In this document: one piece after another, positions 1 through 14,787 of the stretch
Layout of the letters: every line of letters starts with the position of its first letter
Numbering within the stretch: position 1 is the stretch's first letter
From: Chlorokybus atmophyticus
Taxonomy: Eukaryota > Plantae > Mesostigma and Chlorokybus algae
Direction: 5' to 3'
DNA length: 64,000 nt
Assembly (NCBI GenBank): GCA_009103225.1
Contig: RHPI01002998.1
Location: forward strand, 62,001 to 126,000
Notes under the pieces: model-generated
Database searches by the model: none
Seen by the model: only the letters and a program-made list of their open reading frames with translations
Told to the model about the DNA's origin: nothing
Position numbers and translations under genes: made by a program

Positions 1-214
1 ACAACAAGACACCAGACTACCGACCATGATGACAGCAGCAATGTCAAAAAACATTGATGACAGTTGCAAAGGATGTTTGCAACAGTAGAAGCGACAATGT
101 CAACAACCACAACAACGATGACAACAACACCAACTGATAAAGCAATTATCAGGAAAACAGCGACATTAAAGACAGCCTCAACAACAGTAACAGCACCAAC
201 AACCCGTTTCTCAC

Positions 215-542
215 CATGTTCTCTGCTCGCGAGCTGCGCCGAATCCCGACTTTGGCTCCGCTGCTCTTCTTGCACATCAAGCACATCAAGCACATCACCG
301 CCCTCTCCCTCCTGGTCCGTCGCCGCATCCCTGCCCACCACCACCGCCGCCTCCTGCAGTCCCGCCGCCTCCCCCTCTCCACCGCCCACTACAGGCGGCC
401 ACTCCAGGCCCGGCTGATCCGCCGCCGCCGCGTCCTCGTCCACTCCAGCCTCCTGCGCCACCTCCGTCTGACCCTCCATTCGCTCCATCTGCTCCTCCTG
501 CTCCGCCGCCGCCGCCGCCGCCGCCGCCGGCGGATCCGCCAT
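215..542 (-). CDS. Probable first coding exon of a gene running off the left edge; acidic, Ala/Glu-rich low-complexity N-terminus, product unknown
   Basis: Acceptor-like accgcag, then ATG at 542 and an open frame MADPPAAAAAAAAEQEEQMERMEGQTEVAQEAGVDEDAAAADQPGLEW...ASREH ending at a GTGAG donor (214). No recognisable domain. Confidence 0.45.
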
Positions 543-2746
543 GGCCTGCTGCGGTTTGTGTCTATTTTTGGCGTTTCTGTGTGCTGCAACTTGTTTTGTA
601 CAGCTCGCTCAGAATCGCTGCCCCTGTGTGCCATCAGACAGACGTGCGCAGCGCGCGGCACTGTTGATGTGTCACGTGACGTTTCCGCCGTGCAGGTGGC
701 AGCTCTGCGGCGGCGGCGGCGGCGAGTTTGTTGGGTGTGTGGGGCGCAGGGAAGCAGGGCTGGGTGACGGTAGCAATCATGCTTGTAGGCGGCAACCATG
801 CCAGGCCAGGTGAGGTACACAGCAAGCTGTGCGGTCGCCCTTGGTGCTGCGCTCGACGCTTTGAGCGACAACGGCGGCGGCCAGGCCAGGGCAGGCCAGG
901 CCAGGCCTTGGCGGCGGGCGCGCGTGCTAGCCTTATTTTCCTTATTGCGTGCACTTACGCCAGGGCCTGTGCCAGCCGCTGACAGGGACCACGGCAGGTA
1001 GACTGTTCGCGCACAGTTGCACGTGCACGCACGCACTCCCGCACACACACAGAGAGGCGCGGAGACACGGGGGGGGAGAGACGCATGGGCGGATTCAAGC
1101 GTACGCGCACGCACGTACACAAACATGCACACACGCGGACCCCTAACCCACATGCATCCATCAGATGAGACGACACACGCGAGTGCATGCATTCCAGCGG
1201 CAGGCAGGAGCGCACACATGCGCATGCAACAGGTTGTTGCCATCCACGCGTGCGTTCGCTTCTCCGCAGATGCAGACGTGGAAGAGAGATCCAGTGTGCT
1301 TTGTGGCTGACTTGATAGTGGGTGCAGTCAATGGGTAGGTAGATTGTGCAGCATCATATATATATATATATAGCCCAGGAGTGGATAACCGGTTTCAATG
1401 GCGTCACTGTCTGCGCTAGTGTACTGGTGTGTATTGGTGTGCATTGGTGTGGAATCTTGTTGGTGGTAGTGTATGTTACGTGTGATATCAGTGGCATGCG
1501 TATACGAGGCAAGTCACATGAAGTGCATGGCAACCTTGCTGGATTGAATTCACAAACACTGTGTATGCACATGCATGACTTGTAGACATGCAACACATAC
1601 ACATATGTGCAATCAGATGCATATGCAGTCACACGAACAACACTGCTTCGAGGAGACAACTTCCTTCTGCACACATAACCATCCATAGTGGGCCCCTTTG
1701 CTGGCCCCTGCGTGCTTGTTTGTTGCCTTTAACCTACTGCCTGCTGTCTCTGCATGTCTACTGTATGGTACATTGTAATGGTACATATCGCCTAGTATAA
1801 ACACTCCCTTGGGTCCAAAAACAGCTTGAACACAAGGCAAGCAGGCAGCCAGGACTCATGCATACATGCATACCCTTGCACGAGGCATCACAGGCATCAC
1901 ACAGGCTCCTCTGCAGCCAAGCAAGTCAAGTCTCGAAGGGGTTGAAGATTTCGACTTGGCACTCATCCTTGAAACAAATACACAAAAAGCGTGTTGGTGG
2001 GCTTGACAATCATATTTAACAGCGCAAGTCACAATCATCTCTCGAGGAAGCCACCTACTTAACTATATCTTCCAGATCACCAGTAAGACTTATCAAGGCT
2101 TCGTCACACATAGTAGCACTGAGCCAAGAGTGTGAGAGAATGTGAGACACCCAACTTGATGTTGATAGACATCACACACAATGCCAGGGCCAACTTTCTT
2201 CTTTGGTCTGGCTCTGACTTGGCAAAGCCAGAGCTTGAACGAAATGAGTATGTGTGTCCTAGATCAGAAAGGGCTCTCCCCCCCCTGGTACCCAACACAC
2301 ACATCTCTCTCTGGCACGCAGGGGCAGGCTGATTGATTGATGGATGATGTGTCACCAAGGAAGAAAAGAGAAGGAGAAAGGGGGGGGGGGGGGGCNCATG
2401 TAGAAGTGTTGTGTGCCTCGTTGTGCATGGCCAATGTGCAAATTGCGCCCTTGATACAGGATTGCCGGGTGCTGAGTCGAGGAGAGATTAAGTGCCCTTG
2501 CTGCCTTGCAGTAAGTGCAAAGCAAGCAAGCAATAGTTCCCAATGGCGCCCTCAGTAACGTTGCTAGCCTTCCTCTACCTATCTGCCTTCACCCTGCTCT
2601 CGACAACTGCCCAACCACAGGTTCCAACGCTGAAGCACAACATCCACATGCATGTACCGCAATGCGTTGCTGTTGTCTTAGCATCATGCACATATGCAAC
2701 TGCAATGGTGTGACGGTACGACGACAACAGTAACACATTACTACAG

Positions 2747-4129
<1,383 letters not shown>

Positions 4130-4977
4130 AGTGAAGTGAAGTAGGATATACAAGCCAGACGGCTTCCAGTGGTTTGATGTCTAAAGTGTGTTGTGGCGGG
4201 TGGATAGGTGGTTATGTCTGTACTGTTGTGTTGTGGTGATGCGGTTCTCTCTTGACAATGTCTGGTGGGAGCGTACATCTGTGTTTTGAGTTAGTGCAGT
4301 GACATGCCTGTCCAACGTCACACAAAATAAGTGACTCATCTTACTTTGGATTGGAAGTGTGTGAAGCGTGTGAACTTGGTTACAACAGCATTAAAACAGC
4401 GGTGTGAAATTGTCCCTTAAGTCGCGCCTCGTCTCTTGCACTGCCACCGTGTGATGTACCTCATAGGCAGTTGCATACTTCTGACAGAGTTCAGAAAGCC
4501 ACTTGCACCCAAGTCCACTGCAAACAGCCGTTGCGGTTAGACCAATCCGGGCTGAGGCAGCACCATGACTGCGACAATCGAGGCTGTAAGCTCAACCAGA
4601 GCAGCAGCGGAAGCATGGCACACTCCACCACAATCATCTGATTGCGTTTCAACTCCGACATAACTGCTGCTTGTGTGCACGCGTGTGCGTGCTTGAGTTT
4701 GCACACACGCATACATGTGCGTATTGCAAACCTGAATCAATGTTGGACTCGTTGACTAATAGATGCTCGAGTAGCGCACCTTGCTTTGAGCCCGTCAATT
4801 TGTTGAGTACTATTGCATCCGTGCCAGAAGCCCAACTCATTGTAACAAGAGCAGCCAACAAACAACTGTCAAGGCAACAACCCAAAGCGCTGACATATAT
4901 ATAAGTGCACTTCCTCACATATACGTAATTAACGAGTTACCCATTCATACACAACAAACTTCCCTTGTTGTCCCAAC

Positions 4978-6509
4978 TCATTCCGTCACCTTATACACCC
5001 ACCTCGCCAGCGTCCCCACCCACTGCGTATAAAAGAAGTAACAGCACGGTACCCACGACGGCATCCCTTCATCCCCTATACTCAACACCCTCAGATCCGC
5101 ATTCCCAGGATAATGCCACAGATGAAAGTAGTGCATTATGATCACTTCGAACACGGGGGCAGAGACGGCGCACAACACGGCGAGGGAGAAACCGTGAGGG
5201 GTGGAGTCGAAGGAACGCCAGTTGAGGAGGGAGAAGAGGGTGAGGATGGAGGCGATCACGCCGTAGGGGAGATCTGCAGTGAGGTGAAGTATGTGTGTAT
5301 GATTGTTTGTGTGGGATGTTGATGAAGTAGAGAGGGGTGTAAGTATGTGGGGGTATGTGGCGGTGAGTAGGTTGACGTGGGGTTGTATGGCATGTTTGTA
5401 CACTGTTGGGTACATGGACTTTAGATTGACACTTCTCTTTCTGTGCACTTTGGGAACAGTGGCATACTAGTAGAGCACAGAAAAGCATAGAAAGGGCAAA
5501 GCTTGTGCGATCAATTGCAGTAGTAACACGTGCTGATAAAAGCTGATGTTGGCATGAATGAGTCAATACACCGATTGCACACACCTTGCGCATACATGAG
5601 GGAGCTCAAAGCCAACAGCGCCGTAACCATTCCAAGCTGCGACACGACCTGCCAACAACACATCAACTAAACTGTCGTCATGACCACCCGCAAGCAATCA
5701 CCTTGCACAGTGACACAACAGCAACAACAGCAACACCATCACCACCACCACAACAGCAACCTGCAGCAGCGAGACCGGCCGCGCGGTGAACCCGCCAAAC
5801 AGCCCGTCGAGCAGCGTGTGGAGCGGCCCGAGCACGGTGTACAGCAGCGCCAGCACTGCCGGCACATACGCCGACGTGTGCAACAGGCCAATGTCGAACG
5901 CACCGGCGTCATACTTCAGCACTGTCGGAGAAAGTATGAGAAGATACTTTCATACCATACACCCCCATACACAACACCAGTATATACACTCATGCACACA
6001 CCTTTGGCTAGAAGTTAATATGTGCACTGATGCTCAACAAGCCTACCTGATGCTAGCCCGTGGATGCCATCCAGGGGAGGCCCGATGGTTGCGCCAGCCG
6101 TCGCCAGCAAGCCGACCCTTGTCAAGCCTCTCTGCCAGCTCCCTCCCTGCTGACGAAACCAACAGGTCAAAGACACATTCGCACACGCACACATATGTAT
6201 GTCATTGTATGCATGCCTGTGCCTGTGCCTATGCATGCGCGCGGATGCACAGGCACAGGCATGCATTCAATGAGCTCTGTGTGTGCGTGTGCGTGTGCGC
6301 GTGCGTGTGTATGCACGCGCGTCAATTGCAACACAGCAGAACAACACCTTCTTCAAGGAAAGACTCTCTGCTGCTTCCTCTCTTGCAGCCCGCGTGTACA
6401 CACGACGGGTCCGCTGTTGGTACCAACTCGGCAATACTGATATAAATGTTGTTGACCAAAGGCTTTGTGGGACTGATAAGCGAGCATGAACCGAGGTGAC
6501 AGCCATCAT
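4978..6509 (-). CDS. INSIG-like (insulin-induced protein family, plant/algal type) membrane protein with a probable plastid transit peptide
   Basis: Phase-consistent exons MMAVTSVHARLSVPQSLW..AESLSLKK / QGGSWQRGLTRVGLLATAGATIGPPLDGIHGLAS / ..KYDAGAFDIGLLHTSAYVPAVLALLYTVLG.. / VVSQLGMVTALLALSSLMYAQ / ..WRSFDSTPHGFSLAVLCAVSAPVFEVIIMHYFHLWHYPGNAD..PSWVPCCYFFYTQWVGTLARW..TGA. The LDGIH..Y..GA..IG.LHT and PxWVPxxYFFY motifs match this family. Confidence 0.75.
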
Positions 6510-6534
6510 ATAGGACAAAGGAAGGGAGGACGCT

Positions 6535-8133
6535 TCAAGCTTGTGGCAACTGCTCTTCTTCTAGCTGTGGGCCTGTTTCGGGCGGCGCGGGCAGGATGCT
6601 ATCGATGGTGTCAATCAGAGCGTCAACCTGTTCGGGCTTCAGACGCTCTTCGCAGTCTTCAACAACCTGCGAAATGACTCGTGAATGGCGTGTGTGTTAC
6701 ATTGTGCGTGTGGGTGCGAGGAGAGACGCGCATGCATACGTGTGCATGTGGGTGCGAGCACGTACGTGTGCATGCACACGCATACACACGTACGCAAACA
6801 ACGAGCAATGCACAGCATTCACAACACAAAGCAAGTACAAAATGAAACTCACGCACGCATGCACACGTGTGCATGCTCTTTGCAAAGAATTGACAAGCAG
6901 ACCAAGTATGCACTTAGAAATTAACGATGATGCAAACGCATACCAGGTGGACTTCTACGGCCGTGCTCGGCCGCAAATTGGCCACCTGCAGCTTCTCCGC
7001 TTTGGTCAGACCGTAAGTGGCTTCAACCGCCGACAGCACCGACGCCACGTCCGAACGACTCTATTGGAAAAAGGAGGGACAACACAACAACAGGCTTCTT
7101 GTCAGTGTCAGCATGATCAGTATGCTTATAACTAGGCAGCAAGACACAGCAGCATGGCGACTTGGGTATAGTCATTGATAGGTGCAACAAGAAGATTGTA
7201 CTACACGCACACGCACTCTTAAACAATAAATGTGTGAGATGCCAACCTGCGTGCCGGCTGGCGTCTGCTGCAGATACTCTATGATCTGCAAAAACATAAC
7301 AAGCTGATATGAGCACACAGCACGAGCAATATGAACGATGAAAGCTAGTGATGTTACGAGATCAACAGAACAACCAAGTATTGCCCACAAACACATCAAA
7401 AGCGTTGCGAACAACACAACAACACAGAGAGCTCAAGATGGCCTGCATAAGGCGAATGACAAATACATGAAAGGCACGCATAAGAAGCACCACCATTACA
7501 CGATTGGCAGTTGCGCATCACAGCGGCACACGCGCGTACAACTGATTGTGCGTTTACATATGTGTTTATAAGTAACATGTGTGTGCTCGTGCACATGTGG
7601 ATGCAGGGCGCGAATGCGAGCACCGACACGAGCGCATGTGTGCGTGCGTGTTGCAAGAGATGTCTTGCTTGTGTTTTGGCGCTTGCATGTATATGTAGTG
7701 CAGTTGCTGGTGTACTTTCGCGCGTCTTATGCGCATGGGTTACACAAGCAAACCAACATGCTGTGCAATCCAGTACTTGCGTACACCACACAAGTACTCC
7801 CTCCGTACGTGTCAATGATACACGCATGCACGCACAACAACAACAACAACAACAACAAGATAGTACCTTCGCTTCAGCCTTGCGGGCGGCTGATGGTTTG
7901 TCCTTCTTGGCGATGAGGCAGTTCAGCACTTCGAGATTGGTCAGCAGCCCCACGCTCTTCTCCAAACTGAGAATCACGACGACAACCACACACAATTCAT
8001 TAACCCAACACCGAGACAATCTCGAACAAGAACAAAACCACAGCGAAAGCAAACAGCAAAGCCACAGCACGAAGCATGCATGACGCAAGGAGCATACAGC
8101 TCAGCTCTCTCCAGCAGGCACGTACATTTTCAT
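6535..8133 (-). CDS. RPC9: RNA polymerase III subunit RPC9/C17 (Rpb4/HRDC-like, CRCP family)
   Basis: Five exons: MKI / LEKSVGLLTNLEVLNCLIAKKDKPSAARKAEAK / IIEYLQQTPAGTQ / SRSDVASVLSAVEATYGLTKAEKLQVANLRPSTAVEVHL / VVEDCEERLKPEQVDALIDTIDSIL..TGA. The LTNxEV, LTKAEKLQxxNLRP and IVEDCEER motifs are typical. Confidence 0.85.
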
Positions 8134-8457
8134 GAGCTTTCAATAGGAAGCGGAGAGGAAGCGACAGCTCCACTAGCTTGCTGGCTGCAGCTGCGTGCCT
8201 CTGCCGCCTACAACAACAATGCCGCCGCCGACAATGCCCGGGATGACATGCATCGATTACGCCTCCATGACACATTGATTACGATGCTGACGGGCGTAAC
8301 TTGTGGCAAAGCTGTGCGATCCTTGAGAAGGAAGCGTACTTGAGTCACGTAAGTCGCTCGTGCAGTAGCCTACAGCGGCGGCGGTGGCGGTAGAGAAGTA
8401 GGAGCAGGAGGAGTAGGAGAAACCAAAGGAGGAGCAGCTGCTGTGCCGCCACGTGGC

Positions 8458-11400
8458 ATGCTGTTTAACGTGTCCTCCTCACCGCAGCGCTCACCTGCCG
8501 CATTGCCCTGCTGCTTGCGGCAAGCAGCTGGTCTCACCTCTTCTCTTGCCGTAGTAAGCAGCAGGAGGAAGAGAAGGACGACAACGCTGCCGCCGCCGCC
8601 ACCGTTGACGAAGAGAACCATACACACAGTAACCAGGACGACAAGGAGAAACACAGAGCGGTGCCTCACGACAGCGTCGGCGGCTGCCCCGCAAGCCAAT
8701 GCAGTTGCACGCCGACCATCAGTCCGACAACCACGAGAAGCAGAAGAGGAAGGAGAAGGAGCACCTGACTCTGAACCTGAGCCCGAGCAGCTAATTGGCT
8801 ACAAAGTCTTCCTGCAGGACACGCAAGGTAGATTGAAAACAATGGTAGATGTCTGCTGAAGTTTGTTTACGTGGTGTGATTGTGGCTTCCCATGCTGTGC
8901 ACTCCTCTCTTTTTGCCTGCATGCGTATACTTGTGTGTGTATGTGCGCATGCATGTGTGCGTGTGCTCGCACGCGTACATGCACAGATGTGTGCGCGCGC
9001 GTGCATGCGAGTGTCCTGACATCACTCAGCAAACACAACTGAACATCTGTGTTTGATGTTGTGTTCCATCGTTGCGAATGCATACAGAGTTGATCGGCAC
9101 CGTCTCCCGCGTGGACTCCATCTCCCCCTCCTCCTCTCTCCCGCAACCCCCTCTCCTCCGCGTCTCCCCCGCGACCCTCTCCTTCCAGCTCGACGGCTTC
9201 GCGATCGTCGTCGATAAAAAGGACCTTGGCGATGAGGTCGATGCGGACGAGATGGAGATAGGGGTGCCGCTTGTGGAGGAGATCGTGCCGGGGAGGGATC
9301 ATGAGAGGAGGTGCCTGTATATCAATGTGAGTGGTTAGATGAATGGGCCTATATGTGCACGCATGTCTGTGCGCGTTCATGACAAGCGTGCATGCATATG
9401 TGTGTGCTTGTACTTACAAGTAAGCACGCGTGCACTAACGCATGTGTGCGTGCTTGCATGCCAACATGTGTGTGAGCATGCATATCGTGCCCCCCCCCTC
9501 ACCNNNNNNNNNNNNNNNNNNNNNNNNNNNNNNNNNNNNNNNNNNNNNNNNNNNNNNNNNNNNNNNNNNNNNNNNNNNNNNNNNNNNNNNNNNNNNNNNN
9601 NNNNNNNNNNNNNNNNNNNNNNNNNNNNNNNNNNNNNNNNNNNNNNNNNNNNNNNNNNNNNNNNNNNNNNNNNNNNNNNNNNNNNNNNNNNNNNNNNNNN
9701 NNNNNNNNNNNNNNNNNNNNNNNNNNNNNNNNNNNNNNNNNNNNNNNNNNNNNNNNNNNNNNNNNNNNNNNNNNNNNNNNNNNNNNNNNNNNNNNNNNNN
9801 NNNNNNNNNNNNNNNNNNNNNNNNNNNNNNNNNNNNNNNNNNNNNNNNNNNNNNNNNNNNNNNNNNNNNNNNNNNNNNNNNNNNNNNNNNNNNNNNNNNN
9901 NNNNNNNNNNNNNNNNNNNNNNNNNNNNNNNNNNNNNNNNNNNNNNNNNNNNNNNNNNNNNNNNNNNNNNNNNNNNNNNNNNNNNNNNNNNNNNNNNNNN
10001 NNNNNNNNNNNNNNNNNNNNNNNNNNNNNNNNNNNNNNNNNNNNNNNNNNNNNNNNNNNNNNNNNNNNNNNNNNNNNNNNNNNNNNNNNNNNNNNNNNNN
10101 NNNNNNNNNNNNNNNNNNNNNNNNNNNNNNNNNNNNNNNNNNNNNNNNNNNNNNNNNNNNNNNNNNNNNNNNNNNNNNNNNNNNNNNNNNNNNNNNNNNN
10201 NNNNNNNNNNNNNNNNNNNNNNNNNNNNNNNNNNNNNNNNNNNNNNNNNNNNNNNNNNNNNNNNNNNNNNNNNNNNNNNNNNNNNNNNNNNNNNNNNNNN
10301 NNNNNNNNNNNNNNNNNNNNNNNNNNNNNNNNNNNNNNNNNNNNNNNNNNNNNNNNNNNNNNNNNNNNNNNNNNNNNNNNNNNNNNNNNNNNNNNNNNNN
10401 NNNNNNNNNNNNNNNNNNNNNNNNNNNNNNNNNNNNNNNNNNNNNNNNNNNNNNNNNNNNCCACCCCACATGCACATGCTTGTGTGCTTGTGGTGGTGCT
10501 GCACCGCTTACCATGTATGCCTACCATGCATGCAATGAGTGCAGGAGTGCATGCACTGCATGCACTCTTGCACTCATGCACTCATGCGTGCAGTGTATGT
10601 ACTCCTGCACTCGTGTGTGCAGCAAGGTTGGTCACTTGCACGACGAGTTGGCAACCATCAACTGGAGCTGACAACCTCAACATGCTCATGTCGTGCTACC
10701 CCCCGCACCAGCGCTGCATCCAATGCACACTCTCATCCAACCTCAATCACACTCATCCCTTGATCATCATCATTGACATTCCTGTCACGTCAGCCCCCGC
10801 CCGGCCTGCTTGAGCTCGGCCGCCAGCCCCTCCTGATGCACTACCTGGACCGCGAGATACGCGAGTTCGTGAGATCCAACAACAAGAGCCGCATAAACAC
10901 CACCACCACCACCAACAACAACAACATGGCTAACGTTGGTGCGGGCGCAGCTGCAGCTAGGACGCGCAAAACTGGAGGCGCCAGTAAGTAAGCGTAAATA
11001 TTGTGTTTTATACTATTTTGTGTACTATGGTAGGCCTTTCCATCCACCATGTACTTGTTGTTATGTTGGTTTGCCGTGCGCGCTCACGCCTCACACGTGT
11101 TCGCGTAAGCCAATCACGCTTGATATGCCATGTGTGCATGTAAGTGCGCGTAGTACGATCAAAGTGGTGGTGGTGGTGATGTTGTGCTAATGGTGTTTCA
11201 TGCGTTGGCAGGTTGGTGCCCGCAGCAGCCGACAATCCGGATGCCAACGCAGCGCGAGCTCATCACGGCCGATCGCTCCGACTTGGTCTCAGCAATAAAG
11301 GTATGAAAGCATTGTTACTGCCTTCCAACACAATACAGCATAACACAACACAGCACAACACAACATATGTTCTTACGCAGGCTGCGGGTGGGTTCACGAG

Positions 11401-13686
11401 TGTGGCGCAGGCGCTGGGCTTCAGAGGCCCAAGGCGTCCGCGAGGCTACTGGTATGTTGTTGTTGTTATTGCTGTTGTTTACCCAACATGATACATTGTC
11501 CAACAACGCTAGTGTAAAAACAAGGCGTGCTACTCTGCAGTAAGAGTGTTTTTACTGCATAATGTAATCCCAAGGCTTGTTGACAACTTTCTTGACCGCA
11601 CATGTGCGCACGCGCACACGCTCACATTTATCTACGCGCACATGCATAACAGGGACGACCTCGAAAATCTTGATGAGGAAATCAACTTATTTGTAGCCGC
11701 GAACTGGACAATGCACACCATTGAAGACACAGGTAGGAGATCAGAAATATGCACAAACATGTTGTACTTGTACTTGTACTTGTACTTGTATCGGACATTC
11801 AAAAGTTGACTTATGTGTGTATGTGCGCGTGTGTGTGTTGTTCTTATGATGGGTAGGTAGGAAAGTACTTGTATGTGTTGACTCGTCGTCATGTGTTGTA
11901 TGTTGTGCCAGGTGAAGTGTACTACTACAACGCGATCAACTACGCGACAACGTTTGACGAGCCGCATCCCGACGAGGTGGTGCTAACGTCGTGCGAGCCC
12001 GCCGACGAGGACGCGCTGCCCGTGATGCCCACCAACAGGGACATCCTCGCTGCCGGGAGATGGGACCTCCACCATGCGGTACGCGCAACGTACACATAGT
12101 GTGGTTGATGACAGGTGTAGTGCTGTGTGCAGAAGTGCATGCTTGTTGAGCACAGATTTGCACGTTTGTAGTGTGTAAGTGTGTGCACGCGTGTTTGCCC
12201 TTGTGTGCACACTTTTCATGCACACGCGTTGTACACATGCGTGTGTACATGCATATGTGTATGTGCATGACTCCTCGTCATCATGCTTGTGTAGTCATAC
12301 AGCATACACCGTGTCGGTTTGTGGTTGCGTCAGTACACCCTCTCCCACATACACATGTGTGCAAATGTCTATAAGGAGTGGGCGTCATGTGTTGTGTTCA
12401 TGTTGTCTTCTCGTGTCGCTCGCAGATTGTGTTGCACGGAGGGTATCGGGAGGTGGCTCAGGCGCTCAATCGGCAGCGTGCGAGGCGTGCGCGCGAGACA
12501 CTGCAGGGGCTGGAGATGGACATGCAGGCGCTTATGGAAGAGAAGCAGCTGTAAGTGAATGTGTTGTTGGCGTGCAGTGCAGTGCATGCATGTGAGCGTG
12601 TATGCCTGTAAAAGCACATGTGTACATGGACGTGTTGTGCTTAGACATGTGCACACGCACATACGACCTATGCCCATTGAGCGCACGCTCGCATACAAAC
12701 TTCGTATACACACTTGTAAGTCAGGTGCATATACGTGCATATCAGTGATTGAAGGTAATTGAGGCAAACATGTTGGTGGTGTTGACCGCTGCATTGATCT
12801 GCTTCTTACCCGCAGATCGCGGCTCCCAACGGCTGTTGAATTCGCGCGCATGGGCCGGCAAGACCTGGTGTACTACGTGCAGGAGCGCGGGGGCTTCCCG
12901 ACCACCGCTAAAGCCCTTGGCGTGCGCAGCCAACGGCGCGAGGTGGGTTACTTGCATGTGTGTTGTTTGTGTGGGTTCGCAGTGTTGCAATCTGTGAGCG
13001 ATATCACCAAGTGTGTTGGGATGTAGGTCATTGCACTGTACCCGACCGCGCTAACCATGTTGGGATGTAGGTCATTGCACTGTACCCGACCGCGCTAACC
13101 ATGTTTATTAAGGGGTGACTTGGTTGTACTGCATGCATCATGTTGCATTCCTGCACACACGTGCAAGCGTCATGCCCGCACGCGCAAGCGTACACATGCA
13201 CACTTTTGCGTTTATGCATTTGAGTTGGAGAGCTGGAGAGCTGAACTGTAAGGTTTCTCAATTATCATGCGATGCAGAGGAGGTATTGGGAGGACATCAG
13301 CAACGTTGAGAAGGAGTTGAGAGAGTACCTGGTGCAAAAACGCATGCACCAAACCAACAAGAAGGATCAGAAGCCTACCCCCAGCCTGCGGATGCCCACG
13401 CATGCCGAGCTTTTGAGCGCCGGCAGAAGCGACTTGCGGTATGCTCTGCAGGTACGTTGTACCGTTGCTATATGTGTCCAACGTGCCAACAACTGTGATT
13501 GGCCTTGTTTGTTTTGTCTTGTGTTTTTGTCTCATCATGGTGTGCATGTGTCTGTAGCTGCATGGCCATCAAGTGCTGGTGCAGCGTCTCGGGCTTCAGC
13601 GAGCGAGTAGAGGGGCGCATAATCGTGCGCCGAACAAGGCTTCGCAAGTTGCTCAGCAACGGAGCGAGCAGACATGCACGGTCTGA
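8458..13686 (+). CDS. Plastid-targeted multidomain protein: RimM-like PRC barrel, four MPTxxEL/GRxDL/GG helical repeats and a WW-like insert
   Basis: Ser/Thr/Arg-rich N-terminus. RimM-type segments LIGYKVFLQDTQGELIGTVSRV, IGVPLVEEIVPGRDHERR, PPPGLLELG. Repeats MPTQRELITADRSDLVSAIKAAGG, MPTNRDILAAGRWDLHHAIVLHGG, LPTAVEFARMGRQDLVYYVQERGG, MPTHAELLSAGRSDLRYALQLHG. WTMHTIEDTGEVYYYNAINYATTFDEP is WW-like. TGA at 13684. Start codon uncertain; an N gap lies in an intron. Confidence 0.7.
9504..10460. other. Assembly gap (N run)
   Basis: Run of N. Confidence 1.
13014..13105. repeat. Perfect 44-bp tandem duplication in an intron
   Basis: TGTTGGGATGTAGGTCATTGCACTGTACCCGACCGCGCTAACCA twice, plus TGTT. 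Confidence 0.9.
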
Positions 13687-14787
13687 CCATTGAGTGTGTA
13701 ACCAAGCTGGCTGTAGGCACAAGGTGTGTATAGGATATGTGAAGTGCTGTTATTGAACACACATAGGCATGCCACATGCACACCATGATGAGACGATAGG
13801 GTTGTGGTTGCTAGGGGCCACGGCGGGGCGCTGTGGTGCACAGCACCAACCACTGGGTGCTCCCTCCCCCTGCAGGTATTATCATCAACTGCTGCCACCC
13901 CTCCCGCTGCTGCTGCACATAGCCGCATGGTTGTTGCTCTGCCTTGTTTACCCTATTGCTGTGGCCCTTAGGCAGTAGTGTGAGGGAAGGGTGGGTAGGA
14001 GAAGGGTGGTTGTTGTGTTGTTGTTGCAATTGTCTCCTTGCTGTTGCCGTTGCTGCTTATGAAGCGCACAGATATAAGCACACGACAACACCAGCATTGC
14101 TATACAAGGTTGTACTTACAACACCATCGGGCTAAACAACTATCACGTTGGCTGTGCTGCGCCGGAAGACTTGCATGGCTTATACTCTACAGACTGGCTT
14201 GGCTCTCAAGCAAACAGACTTGCAGGCAACAAGGCATCCACAGCTTGATCGAGTCACACAGCATACCATGGACATGTCGCACACGCTGATAACTAAGTCC
14301 AATGCAATTGACTTGCAATGTCGAAGCGCAAGCCTCAGCCAACCTACTTTGAATTCGGGACATGGTAGTTGTGATGGTTGCATGTACCACTTACTGCCAT
14401 GTAAAATGCATTATGCGCACTTCTCATGTAGTACACAACACAATGCGCAGTGCCAGGTCCACAAACAGAGGCATCATGCACCCAGTGCAGTACTGTGCTG
14501 CTGAATGTCATATACTTGTGTGCGACCTTTCGCATCCACTACCTACGACTAATGCGGGAAATCAACAGTATACAGGAAACCGCCAAACAAGCATGCAAAC
14601 TTCGCTGGCTAAAAGATGTGGCTAGTGACTGCGTGCTCAATCCAACAAAATGATGCTGATGCGCAAACCAACAATCACTGGCACAGCACCTTGCCTGAGG
14701 GCACCTGGCCACCTGCCTTGGCAAATAAGGGTCTAAAATGCATGACCCTGCTAGTTACTTCAACGGGAGTTGTCATGACGCAACCCC

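Noticed and set aside
8365-8445. E/Q-rich frame with in-frame TAGs (EK*EQEE*EK)
   Set aside because: An alternative frame of GA-rich sequence upstream of the RimM-like ORF; not shown to be coding.
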